From positions 21,566 to 85,565 of the forward strand of contig CAZCTP010000001.1 of assembly GCA_964501575.1 (NCBI GenBank): DNA of 64,000 nucleotides, written 5' to 3'. Positions 1 to 9,536 of the stretch are shown here, in pieces (positions within the stretch are counted from its first letter, which is position 1; each line of letters starts with the position of its first letter). The notes beneath the pieces were generated by a model. It saw nothing but the letters and a program-made list of their open reading frames with translations. It was not told the origin of the DNA and searched no databases. The DNA comes from an uncultured Thermodesulfobacteriota bacterium (lineage in GTDB: Bacteria > Desulfobacterota > CAZCTP01). The position numbers were made by a program, and so were the translations under genes.

Positions 1-3000
1 CTCATAAAATCCGGGGCTCTACTTGGTGGAGTGGGATTGTTAATGAGTCAGATAGAGGGAGTATTTGGATTTTTGAAAGAAGCAGAAGCAAAGGAGCTTA
101 TGTACCCCCTTGCTGATGCTAAACATGTAATATATTCAGTATGCCTTCAGTGTCATACAGCCTGTCCAATAAAGGTGAAGATTCTTGATGGTATTGCAGT
201 AAAGATAGACGGCAATCCCTATTCTGCTCAGAATATGATTCCTAATATCAGACAGGATATATCTCCATGGCTGGCAGCAAAGATAGATGCCAAACTATGT
301 CCTAAAGGACAGGCAGGAATACAGAGTCTTTATGATCCATACCGAATTATTAAGGTATTAAAGAGGGATGGACCAAGGGGCTCAAACAGGTGGAAGGTTA
401 TTCCATTTTCACAGGCTATTGATGAGATAGTAATCGGTGGTTATCTATTCAAGGATATAGGAGAGAACAGGAGAGTTCCAGGGCTTAAAGAGCTTTATAA
501 ATTAAAAGATTTTGATATTTCTGAAAAAATGGCAAAGGATGCTAAGAAGGTAGCAAAACATGAGCTTTCTATCAAGGAGTTTAAATCAAAATATAGAAAA
601 TATATGGATATGCTTATAGATGCAGATCATCCTGACCTGGGGCCCATTAACAATCAGTTTGTTCTTATGACAGGACGTATAGAGCACGGGAGAAAGGAAT
701 TTGCAAAGAGATGGCTTAAAGGGGGATTTGGCTCTGTAAATTTCTATGAACATACAACCATATGTGAGCAGTCCCATCATATTGCATATAAGGAGGCTAC
801 AAGGCAATTTAAGAAAGGTAAGTGGAGTAAACCAAAGTCAGAACATATGAAGCCTGATGCTTTAAATTCAGAGTTTATTATATATTTTGGAACCGGATTT
901 GTAGAGGCAAATTTTGGCCCAACAAATATGGCTGAGAAGATCACAAACAGGCTTGCAGATGGAAAGCTAAAGGTGGCGGTTGTTGATCCAAGGCTTAGTA
1001 AGGCAGCAGCAAAGGCATGGAAGTGGTTACCCATAAATCCTGGAACAGATGCAGCTCTTGCGCTTGCTATGATCCGATGGATAATCGAGAATAAAAGATA
1101 TGATGAAAGGTATCTTATTGCAGCAAATAAGGCTGCTGCAAAATCTGTAGGTGAATCAACATGGTCTAATGCTTCCCATCTTGTGAGGATAGAAAGGGAT
1201 GGGCCAGGAAGGTTGCTTAGGGCATCCGATATAGGTATGGGTGGAAATAAATTTGTTGTAATTGAGGATGGTAAGCCTGTTGTGGTTGATAAATCTCCTG
1301 TTATTGGTACCCTTGAATATTCAGGAGAGATAAAAGGAATCAAAGTAAAAACAGTATTTACTCTCCTTAAAGAGGAAGCTTTCTTAAAGAGTATGGAGGA
1401 GTGGTCACAGATATGTGGTATTCCTGTCTCAGATATTGAGAAGGTTGCAAGGGAGTTTACCTCCCACGGGAAGAAAGCTGCTGTTGATATGTATAGAGGT
1501 GCTGTTCAACATACCAATGGATATTATAATGGTCAGGCTATTATTGCATTAAATATACTCATAGGGAATATAGATCATAAGGGAGGATTGAGTGCTGGTG
1601 GTGGGCACTGGCATGAGATGGGGAATAAACTGAAATATCCCTTTGATTTAAAAAAGATGCATCCAAATAAGCTTCACTCCTTTGGACATAAATTAACAAG
1701 GGAGAAATCAAGATATGAAGAATCAACCCTATTTAGTGGATATCCCGCAAAGAGGCCATGGTTTCCATTCTCCGGGAATGTATATCAGGAAATTCTTCCA
1801 TCTGCTGCAGATGGTTATCCTCACAGGATAAAGGTTTTGTGGTTACATAAAGGAACTCCCGGGCTTTCAATCCCTGGTGCAAATGAGCAGTTAAAAATAC
1901 TTGCAGATCCCGATATAATTCCCCTCTTCTTTGCTACCGATATAGTTATAGGTGAGACATCGATGTATGCTGATTACATATTCCCTGATACAGCAGTATG
2001 GGAGAGATGGGGAACTCCCCATACATCTCCTGATGTTCCTCAAAAGTCTTCAAAATTTAGACAGCCTACCATTACTCCATTGACTGAGGTTGTTAATGTT
2101 TACGAAGAAAAACAACACTGTTCCATGGAAACAGTGATGCTTGCAATAGCTGAAAAGCTTGGTCTAAGTGGGTTTGGAAAAAATGGATTGGGCAAGGGAT
2201 TTGATTTTACAAGACCCGAGGATTGGTATCTAAAACTTGCAGCTAACCTTGCATGGGGGGATAAGAAAGGAGATGCGGTTCCTGATGCATCAAAAGCAGA
2301 AGAGAATCTCTTTTTAAAAGCAAGAAAACATATGAAACCAAGCATATTTGACCCTGATAGGTGGAAGAAGGCAGTCGGAGAAGAGAACTGGAGAAAGGTT
2401 GTCTACCTTTTAAACAGGGGAGGAAGATGGGAGAACTGGTCAAATAAATTCTTAAAGCCAGGATTTGTTGTTCATAGGTTTAAGAAGCAGATGGATCTAT
2501 ATGCAGAGCCTGTTGGAGAGACGAAGCATTCTATGAATGGTAAGAGATTCTCCGGTATAGCAATCTATGACCCCATTAGAGATGCCTCGGGTAGGATGAT
2601 CGATGATAAAGAATTTGCTTTACATCTTATTACCTATAAAGATATCCTTGGAGGACAATCAAGAACGTTACCCATCGATTACTGGCTAAGTTCCATCCTT
2701 CCTGAAAATTATATCCTGATAAATAGCCAAACAGCAGAGAGATTGGGATTTAAGGACGGAAATAGGGCAAGAATTATTTCCGCTACAAATAGAGATGGAA
2801 AATGGTATTTACCAAATAGAGGGGATAAAGATGTGGTTGGTAAGATAAAGATTATTGAAGGTATAAGACCTGAAGTTATAGCTGTTTCATGGCATTTTGG
2901 ACACTGGGGATATGGTGCTTCACATACAATAATTGATAGTAGGTTTATCAAAGGTGATATAAGGAGAGGAACAGGTCTCTGTCCAAATGCTGCTATGAGG

Positions 3001-3093
3001 GTTGACCCTGTGCTTAAGAATTCATGTATGAGTGATCCCATAGGAGGAAGTTCATCCTTCTATGATACAAGAGTGAAGCTTATAAAAGCTTAA
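1..3093 (+). CDS. ttrA: Tetrathionate reductase subunit A family Mo-bisPGD oxidoreductase, 5'-partial (true start lies upstream of the window)
   Basis: Frame is open from base 1 (LIKSGALLGGVGLL, like the rest of a Tat signal). N-terminal Fe-S motif CLQCHTAC...LCPKGQAG, HTTICEQSHH, PGTDAALALAM, C-terminal molybdopterin dinucleotide domain. About 1030 aa, TtrA-like size. Confidence 0.75.
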   Translation, partial: LIKSGALLGGVGLLMSQIEGVFGFLKEAEAKELMYPLADAKHVIYSVCLQCHTACPIKVKILDGIAVKIDGNPYSAQNMIPNIRQDISPWLAAKIDAKLCPKGQAGIQSLYDPYRIIKVLKRDGPRGSNRWKVIPFSQAIDEIVIGGYLFKDIGENRRVPGLKELYKLKDFDISEKMAKDAKKVAKHELSIKEFKSKYRKYMDMLIDADHPDLGPINNQFVLMTGRIEHGRKEFAKRWLKGGFGSVNFYEHTTICEQSHHIAYKEATRQFKKGKWSKPKSEHMKPDALNSEFIIYFGTGFVEANFGPTNMAEKITNRLADGKLKVAVVDPRLSKAAAKAWKWLPINPGTDAALALAMIRWIIENKRYDERYLIAANKAAAKSVGESTWSNASHLVRIERDGPGRLLRASDIGMGGNKFVVIEDGKPVVVDKSPVIGTLEYSGEIKGIKVKTVFTLLKEEAFLKSMEEWSQICGIPVSDIEKVAREFTSHGKKAAVDMYRGAVQHTNGYYNGQAIIALNILIGNIDHKGGLSAGGGHWHEMGNKLKYPFDLKKMHPNKLHSFGHKLTREKSRYEESTLFSGYPAKRPWFPFSGNVYQEILPSAADGYPHRIKVLWLHKGTPGLSIPGANEQLKILADPDIIPLFFATDIVIGETSMYADYIFPDTAVWERWGTPHTSPDVPQKSSKFRQPTITPLTEVVNVYEEKQHCSMETVMLAIAEKLGLSGFGKNGLGKGFDFTRPEDWYLKLAANLAWGDKKGDAVPDASKAEENLFLKARKHMKPSIFDPDRWKKAVGEENWRKVVYLLNRGGRWENWSNKFLKPGFVVHRFKKQMDLYAEPVGETKHSMNGKRFSGIAIYDPIRDASGRMIDDKEFALHLITYKDILGGQSRTLPIDYWLSSILPENYILINSQTAERLGFKDGNRARIISATNRDGKWYLPNRGDKDVVGKIKIIEGIRPEVIAVSWHFGHWGYGASHTIIDSRFIKGDIRRGTGLCPNAAMRVDPVLKNSCMSDPIGGSSSFYDTRVKLIKA

Positions 3094-3115
3094 AAATTAT
3101 TTAAGGAGGTGTTTT

Positions 3116-4348
3116 ATGAGAAAGATTTTTCCTTTAATATTATTCCTTATATTTCTAATAATTCCTTTTACCAGTGTATATGGGGATGGGGATGATATGA
3201 ATGAGTTGAGGAATGAGATTATGGAGCTTAAGCGCATAATAAAGAATCAGCAGAGGCAGATTGATAGTTTATTAGAACAGGTTAATAGTATAAGGAGTGA
3301 TACGAAAGAGGAGGTCAAGGTAGCAAAGAAGGAGATGATTGCCGAGGCTAAGAAGGAGTTAAAGCTTCCTGAGTGGGTATCAAGGACAAAGATTGGTGGC
3401 AAAGCATATTTACAATATAGATATGATCTTAAGGATGGGACCGAGGATTACAATGACTTTTCCATTAAGAGATTCTATTTTACAGTTAAATCAAAGCTTA
3501 GAGATGACATATCAGTGAGGCTTACCCAGGAAATAAGGGATCAGGATAGCGGATATGATTTTCATCTGAAATATGGGTATTTAACATTTAAGAATTATTT
3601 TATGAAAGGATTAAATATATATGCTGGACAGGTTGAGCTTCCATGGGTTCCCTATGAAGAGCATATATGGGGTTACAGGGTTCAGGGAACTATATTTCCT
3701 GATAGAGAGCATATACTTACCTCATCTGATAGAGGATTGGGTTTAAGGAGTAAGTTACTGGATGGCAAAATAGATATACATGTTGCTTTGGTAAATGGAG
3801 AGGGGTGGCATGATGGGGAGAAGAATAAGCATAAAGATTTTGAGGGGAGGATAACCTTGAAGCCGTTTAAGGATGCTGGATATTTAGATAATCTGAGTTT
3901 TAGCATATTTGGTGTAACTGGTTATTATGATAAGGGGGAGCCGAGGGATAGGTTTATAGCTCAGGCAGCTTTTAAGAAGAAGGATTTTTTGACCCTTGCT
4001 GGGGAGTATTTGAGGACGAGGGATTCAAGGATAAGGAGAGCAAAGAGGGAGCCGAGCTTATCAGGTATAGATGGGACAGCGACAGGAGAGGGTTTTGGAG
4101 GGTTTTTTGTGGTTAACTCTGGTATTTTAGGATTGAGTAATAAATTTGAGTTATTTGGCAGGGTTGATTATTTTGATCCTGATGAGGATATAGGGAATAA
4201 CAGTCACAGGAGATATATATATGGATTAGGCTATAAGTTTAGCAAGAGATTGAAATTTCTTATAAACAATCAGAGAGAAGATTTTGATCAGGGAGCAAAT
4301 AGGAAGGATACAAACACATTTTTCTGGCAGGCAGAGCTGAAATATTAA
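3116..4348 (+). CDS. Outer-membrane porin-like beta-barrel protein (OprO/P-like), copy 1
   Basis: Signal peptide, N-terminal coiled coil, amphipathic beta-strand pattern, C-terminal QAELKY beta-signal, AAGGAGGT RBS. Confidence 0.7.
   Translation: MRKIFPLILFLIFLIIPFTSVYGDGDDMNELRNEIMELKRIIKNQQRQIDSLLEQVNSIRSDTKEEVKVAKKEMIAEAKKELKLPEWVSRTKIGGKAYLQYRYDLKDGTEDYNDFSIKRFYFTVKSKLRDDISVRLTQEIRDQDSGYDFHLKYGYLTFKNYFMKGLNIYAGQVELPWVPYEEHIWGYRVQGTIFPDREHILTSSDRGLGLRSKLLDGKIDIHVALVNGEGWHDGEKNKHKDFEGRITLKPFKDAGYLDNLSFSIFGVTGYYDKGEPRDRFIAQAAFKKKDFLTLAGEYLRTRDSRIRRAKREPSLSGIDGTATGEGFGGFFVVNSGILGLSNKFELFGRVDYFDPDEDIGNNSHRRYIYGLGYKFSKRLKFLINNQREDFDQGANRKDTNTFFWQAELKY
3186..4332 (+). repeat. 1147-bp direct repeat, copy 1 (porin core)
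   Basis: No differences seen by eye versus 6653-7799 (offset 3467). The mature translations in the ORF track are identical. Confidence 0.95.
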
Positions 4349-4365
4349 TTCAATATTAATCTTTT

Positions 4366-4403
4366 CCCCTCCTCTAAAAGTCTAAAAGGAGGGGTGTTTT
4401 TTT
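4366..4403 (+). terminator. Intrinsic terminator after porin copy 1
   Basis: CCCCTCCT...AGGAGGGG stem followed by TGTTTTTTT. Confidence 0.7.
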
Positions 4404-4553
4404 ATTTAAAAAAATTAATTTCCGGAAAGATTTTTATAAATAAATATTGTCATGATATAATATATACTAATTTAGTCCTAATTTGTAATTTTAGTAAAAA
4501 AAGATTATGAAAGGATGGAACTCAAAATATATATTTTAAAAGGAGGTAAAAAT

Positions 4554-5021
4554 ATGAAGAGATGTATATTTTTTGTGATTATTTCAATGTTTTTATCAGT
4601 GAGTTTGTCTTTTGCAGGAGGATGGGATAAGTCAAAGGGAATGGAAAAGATTACGCTAAAAGGGACGCTTCTATGTATAGGCTGTAATCTAAAGCGGCTA
4701 AGTGGAGCGAATGCTCAATGTAGTTTGTATACCCATCATGCAATAGGATTCAGAACAGAGGATGGAACTATTTGGAATATATTGGAAAATGCAAAAGGGC
4801 ATGATATTGTGAGAGCTTATAAACTCTTGGATGGTAGAAAAGCTACTATTACTGGATGGATATATCCTATTGCCCATGTGATAGAAATAGATAAGATAGT
4901 AGTTGATGATGTTAAAATGGAAGATATTCAAAAAGCAGCATGGGAGGAGGATCAGGATATAGCAAAGGCTCTCATGAGTCGTAAAATAGGTGAATCACCG
5001 ATAGTAGGAATCGGTCATTAA
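4554..5021 (+). CDS. Secreted/periplasmic protein with CxxC...C...HH putative metal site
   Basis: AAGGAGGT RBS favours ATG 4554 over 4515. Hydrophobic signal peptide ending SFA-. Motif GTLLCIGC...AQCSLYTHH. Confidence 0.65.
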   Translation: MKRCIFFVIISMFLSVSLSFAGGWDKSKGMEKITLKGTLLCIGCNLKRLSGANAQCSLYTHHAIGFRTEDGTIWNILENAKGHDIVRAYKLLDGRKATITGWIYPIAHVIEIDKIVVDDVKMEDIQKAAWEEDQDIAKALMSRKIGESPIVGIGH

Positions 5022-5335
5022 TAATAGATTTGTGGTAAGAGCTATTTAAAACCTTTCATTATTTTCCATATTCCTTTTATATTTTAGAGGGTTTCTGATG
5101 TTTTTTACCCATTGTATTTATACGATAGTTCATATACTTATAGGGATTGTAGAGGTTTCTAATTTTCTCTCCTTCCTATGTATTTGGACTTTCTTTTATA
5201 TATAACTATATCTGGAATATTGGCTCCTCTGAGAGGCTAAGTTATTCCTATTTTTCAGCTGGGAAAGGAGATAAAAGGAATAACTTATAATATATATTTT
5301 CTATATTTATAATTTATTTTATAGGAATTTTCTAT

Positions 5336-5362
5336 TTGACATATATAGATATTCTATATAAT
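5336..5362 (+). promoter_or_regulatory. Putative sigma70 promoter with an overlapping 8-3-8 inverted repeat
   Basis: TTGACA 5336-5341 and TATAAT 5357-5362 (short 15-bp spacer). TATATAGA-tat-TCTATATA at 5342-5360. Confidence 0.4.
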
Positions 5363-5399
5363 ATTTTTTTAGACCTATTTTTTAAAGGAGGAGATTATT

Positions 5400-6425
5400 A
5401 TGAGATATAGTGTTATGTTTGCGTTTATAATTATATTTATAGCCAATACTATATTTATAACTAATAATTCTGAAGCAAGAGAACCTAAAAAGCGATATTT
5501 TGAATTTATATATAAAGTTGATATAATCGGGATTCCAAAGTACGCAAAGGATATAAGAGTATGGATTCCCTATCCAGTAAGCACGAAAAATCAAAGGATA
5601 GTGGATGTAAAATTAGAGTCTCCCTATCCTGTTGCTCTGAAATATGACAGAGAATGGGGGAATCCTATCCTTTATATGAAGCCAAACCTTGCAGATACAG
5701 ATTTTACTATAATCTTGAAATTTAAAATATTGAGATATGAAGATTTACATTCTTTCTTTAATCCATCTGTGGTGAGAAGGTTTTCAGGAAATCCTGGGAT
5801 ATTCAATAGATATTTAAAACCAACCAAATATGATCCCATACTCGACGATGTTAGAAGATTTACAACCAGGGCTACCAGAGGTAAGAGAGGGACCTTAGAT
5901 AAAATAAAAGGGATATATGAATTTGTACTTGATAAAATGGAATACAACAAAAAGTTTCCTGGTTGGGGGGAAGGTAATATTTCACGAGTATGTTTGCTTA
6001 TAACAGAAAAAGGTTTAGGAAAAGGTAATTGTACAGATTTTCACTCACTCTTTACTGCTATGGTAAGAAGTATAGGTGTTCCTGCAAAATTTGTTATGGG
6101 CTATCCTTTAAAATCTGGAGATTTTGTAAAGGGAAGGGTTGGTGGATATCACTGTTGGGCAGAATTTTTCCTTCCTGGTTATGGTTGGATTCCGGTTGAT
6201 ATCTCTGAGGCAGACAAAAACCCTTCTAAAAAGGACTATTTCTTTGGAAGTATAGATGAAAATAGAGTAAAGTTCAGTGAGGGGAGGGACATAATGCTTG
6301 AACCCCATCAAAAAGGGGGAAGACTAAACTACTTTGGCCCCGACCCATATATAGAGGTGGATGGTATAGAGTTCAGAAATTTTAAAAGAACAATATCTTA
6401 TAGAAATATAAGAGATAGCTATTAA
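5400..6425 (+). CDS. Secreted transglutaminase-like (cysteine protease fold) protein
   Basis: Signal peptide and Cys-His-Asp triad motifs GNCTDFHSLF, GYHCWAEF, GWIPVD. Confidence 0.85.
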   Translation: MRYSVMFAFIIIFIANTIFITNNSEAREPKKRYFEFIYKVDIIGIPKYAKDIRVWIPYPVSTKNQRIVDVKLESPYPVALKYDREWGNPILYMKPNLADTDFTIILKFKILRYEDLHSFFNPSVVRRFSGNPGIFNRYLKPTKYDPILDDVRRFTTRATRGKRGTLDKIKGIYEFVLDKMEYNKKFPGWGEGNISRVCLLITEKGLGKGNCTDFHSLFTAMVRSIGVPAKFVMGYPLKSGDFVKGRVGGYHCWAEFFLPGYGWIPVDISEADKNPSKKDYFFGSIDENRVKFSEGRDIMLEPHQKGGRLNYFGPDPYIEVDGIEFRNFKRTISYRNIRDSY

Positions 6426-6455
6426 AGCTGTTCAATAACAACTGGGGTTTCAATA

Positions 6456-6490
6456 TCATTTTGAGGAGCGATAGCGGCTTACACAATGAC
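6456..6490. repeat. Possible truncated REP-like palindromic element
   Basis: TCATTTTGAGGAGCGATAGCG joined to CACAATGAC resembles both ends of the widespread GTCATTGCGAGGAGCGAAGCGAC...CTCGCAATGAC intergenic element (recalled, not searched). Confidence 0.35.
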
Positions 6491-6588
6491 GGCTGTGATA
6501 AGTTTAAAGATGAAAAATTTGATATATTGGCTTTCAAGGTATTATTAATTTTTGGACACTCTAATAATTATTAAGAAGGAGGTGTTTT

Positions 6589-7815
6589 ATGAGTAGGGTT
6601 TTTTCTTTAATATTATTAGTTATGGTTATGTTTTTTCCTATTTCCATTGTATATGGGGATGATATGAATGAGTTGAGGAATGAGATTATGGAGCTTAAGC
6701 GCATAATAAAGAATCAGCAGAGGCAGATTGATAGTTTATTAGAACAGGTTAATAGTATAAGGAGTGATACGAAAGAGGAGGTCAAGGTAGCAAAGAAGGA
6801 GATGATTGCCGAGGCTAAGAAGGAGTTAAAGCTTCCTGAGTGGGTATCAAGGACAAAGATTGGTGGCAAAGCATATTTACAATATAGATATGATCTTAAG
6901 GATGGGACCGAGGATTACAATGACTTTTCCATTAAGAGATTCTATTTTACAGTTAAATCAAAGCTTAGAGATGACATATCAGTGAGGCTTACCCAGGAAA
7001 TAAGGGATCAGGATAGCGGATATGATTTTCATCTGAAATATGGGTATTTAACATTTAAGAATTATTTTATGAAAGGATTAAATATATATGCTGGACAGGT
7101 TGAGCTTCCATGGGTTCCCTATGAAGAGCATATATGGGGTTACAGGGTTCAGGGAACTATATTTCCTGATAGAGAGCATATACTTACCTCATCTGATAGA
7201 GGATTGGGTTTAAGGAGTAAGTTACTGGATGGCAAAATAGATATACATGTTGCTTTGGTAAATGGAGAGGGGTGGCATGATGGGGAGAAGAATAAGCATA
7301 AAGATTTTGAGGGGAGGATAACCTTGAAGCCGTTTAAGGATGCTGGATATTTAGATAATCTGAGTTTTAGCATATTTGGTGTAACTGGTTATTATGATAA
7401 GGGGGAGCCGAGGGATAGGTTTATAGCTCAGGCAGCTTTTAAGAAGAAGGATTTTTTGACCCTTGCTGGGGAGTATTTGAGGACGAGGGATTCAAGGATA
7501 AGGAGAGCAAAGAGGGAGCCGAGCTTATCAGGTATAGATGGGACAGCGACAGGAGAGGGTTTTGGAGGGTTTTTTGTGGTTAACTCTGGTATTTTAGGAT
7601 TGAGTAATAAATTTGAGTTATTTGGCAGGGTTGATTATTTTGATCCTGATGAGGATATAGGGAATAACAGTCACAGGAGATATATATATGGATTAGGCTA
7701 TAAGTTTAGCAAGAGATTGAAATTTCTTATAAACAATCAGAGAGAAGATTTTGATCAGGGAGCAAATAGGAAGGATACAAACACATTTTTCTGGCAGGCT
7801 GAATTGAAGTATTGA
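6589..7815 (+). CDS. Outer-membrane porin-like beta-barrel protein (OprO/P-like), copy 2
   Basis: Mature sequence identical to 3116-4348 but with a different signal peptide. Confidence 0.7.
   Translation: MSRVFSLILLVMVMFFPISIVYGDDMNELRNEIMELKRIIKNQQRQIDSLLEQVNSIRSDTKEEVKVAKKEMIAEAKKELKLPEWVSRTKIGGKAYLQYRYDLKDGTEDYNDFSIKRFYFTVKSKLRDDISVRLTQEIRDQDSGYDFHLKYGYLTFKNYFMKGLNIYAGQVELPWVPYEEHIWGYRVQGTIFPDREHILTSSDRGLGLRSKLLDGKIDIHVALVNGEGWHDGEKNKHKDFEGRITLKPFKDAGYLDNLSFSIFGVTGYYDKGEPRDRFIAQAAFKKKDFLTLAGEYLRTRDSRIRRAKREPSLSGIDGTATGEGFGGFFVVNSGILGLSNKFELFGRVDYFDPDEDIGNNSHRRYIYGLGYKFSKRLKFLINNQREDFDQGANRKDTNTFFWQAELKY
6653..7799 (+). repeat. 1147-bp direct repeat, copy 2 (porin core)
   Basis: Matches 3186-4332. 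Confidence 0.95.
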
Positions 7816-8107
7816 TTGTTATTTACTCAAATCCCTCTCTATATTAGAAAGGGTTCTTTCTGTTTTTATTCAAAAATTACTTCAAAAATTTTCTGAATTG
7901 TCCTAAGGATGACTGACCATAATAGTAGGAGAAGGAATATAACGTCAGAGAAGCAGAATTTTTAACTATGCGAAGAGGAAGTTATTCAATGATTGGTTAG
8001 TATTATTTATATATTTATAATGGTATTTATTTTTACTGAATAAAACTTTTTAAAGGTATTAAAAATTGTAAAATTATGATAATTTTTTGTTATAATAAAT
8101 AGTTAAA

Positions 8108-8563
8108 ATGGAAGAAGTAGACAGAAAGATTTTAAATATTATTCAGGCTGATTTCCCTTTAACAGAAAGACCATTTCTATCTATTGGAAAAAGATTAAAT
8201 ATATCCGAAGACGAAGCTTTCGAGCGGGTAAAAAGGCTAAAGTATAATGGAGTTATTAGGAGAATAGGGGCTAACTTTGATTCAAGAAAGTTGGGTTATG
8301 TGAGTACTTTATGCGCTGCTACGGTTCCAGAGGATAAGATAGAAGAATTTGTAGAACTTGTAAATTCATATCCAAATGTAACGCATAATTATAGAAGAGA
8401 TCATAAATATAATATATGGTTTACATTTATAGATGAATCTATGGATAGGATAGAATCTGTTCTTAAAGAGATTTATAAAAAGACAGGGATTTATGTATTT
8501 AATCTTCCAGCAAAGAGGATATTCAAGATAAGAGTTAGTTTTGACTTGACAACAGATTATTAA
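8108..8563 (+). CDS. ahbA: Siroheme decarboxylase subunit alpha (AhbA/NirD-like, Lrp/AsnC fold)
   Basis: DRKILNIIQADFPLTERPF, GVIRRIGANFDSRKLGYVSTLCAA, VTHNYRR, YNIWFT motifs. Confidence 0.8.
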   Translation: MEEVDRKILNIIQADFPLTERPFLSIGKRLNISEDEAFERVKRLKYNGVIRRIGANFDSRKLGYVSTLCAATVPEDKIEEFVELVNSYPNVTHNYRRDHKYNIWFTFIDESMDRIESVLKEIYKKTGIYVFNLPAKRIFKIRVSFDLTTDY

Positions 8564-8634
8564 ATATGTTAACCTTTTTCTTAATTTATCCGTTTTAATA
8601 TTATATAAAATATTATATAAAGGGGTTAATTTTT

Positions 8635-9066
8635 ATGGTAAGTTTAGATAAGACATTAATAGTTCAGATAATAACTTTCTTAATAATAATGTTTGTTCTA
8701 AACAAAATTTTATTTAAAGATATGTTAGGAATAGTATTAGGAAGAGAAGAGAAGATTAAAAATGGAGAGAAGGAGATAAAGAATTTTATTGAAAAGGGAG
8801 AAACTTTAAAGATTGAATATGAAAAAAGAATAAATGAAGCCAGGACAGAAGCAATAAAGGAAAGAGAAAGATTGGTAAAGGAAGGGGTTGAAATAAAAGA
8901 TAAGATTATAAAAAAGGCAAATATGGAAATGGAGAAAATGGTTTCAGAGTTTAATGAAAGACTTAACAAAGAAGTAGAAAAAGTAAAATTATCATTAAGT
9001 ACAGAGGTTAATAATATATCTATTAAAGTTGCTAAGAAAGTTTTAGGAAGGGATGTAGCTATATGA
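8635..9066 (+). CDS. atpF: ATP synthase F0 subunit b'
   Basis: N-terminal TM helix plus charged coiled coil; first of two b-type genes in the atp operon. Confidence 0.85.
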   Translation: MVSLDKTLIVQIITFLIIMFVLNKILFKDMLGIVLGREEKIKNGEKEIKNFIEKGETLKIEYEKRINEARTEAIKERERLVKEGVEIKDKIIKKANMEMEKMVSEFNERLNKEVEKVKLSLSTEVNNISIKVAKKVLGRDVAI

Positions 9067-9536
9067 AAACGATATTCTGGCATTTTATAAATCTTCTTAT
9101 ATTAGGTTCAATACTCTATATACTCCTTAGGAATAGAATCTCTGAATATTTTAAAGAGAGAAGCGAAACTATAAAGAGAGCTTTTGATAATTTAGAGGAG
9201 ACAAAGAGAGAGGTTAGAGAGAAGTTCACAGGGTATGAGGAAAGGTTGAATGAGTCAGAGAAAGAGATTAAAGAGATTATAGAGTCTTTTAGAAAGGATG
9301 GAGAGAGGGAAAAGAATAGAATTATAGATAATGCAAATAGGGAAGCAGAGATAATATTAGAGAGAGGGAGATTTGCTATGGAGCAGGAGTTGAAGAAAGC
9401 TAAGCTAAAGCTACAAGAAGAAGCATCTACTTTAGCTATATCAACAGCAGAGAATATTATAAAGAGATCATTAAAAAAAGAGGATCATGAAAGGTTAATA
9501 AATGATTATGTTAATAGAGTAAGGAGGATGAATTGA
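9063..9536 (+). CDS. atpF: ATP synthase F0 subunit b
   Basis: N-terminal TM helix (WHFINLLILGSILY), coiled coil, operon position. Confidence 0.85.
   Translation: MKTIFWHFINLLILGSILYILLRNRISEYFKERSETIKRAFDNLEETKREVREKFTGYEERLNESEKEIKEIIESFRKDGEREKNRIIDNANREAEIILERGRFAMEQELKKAKLKLQEEASTLAISTAENIIKRSLKKEDHERLINDYVNRVRRMN

Noticed and set aside
8108-8563. Lrp/AsnC transcriptional regulator of the atp operon
   Set aside because: The motifs FPLTERPF, RRIGANFD and THNYRR fit the siroheme decarboxylase subunit better.
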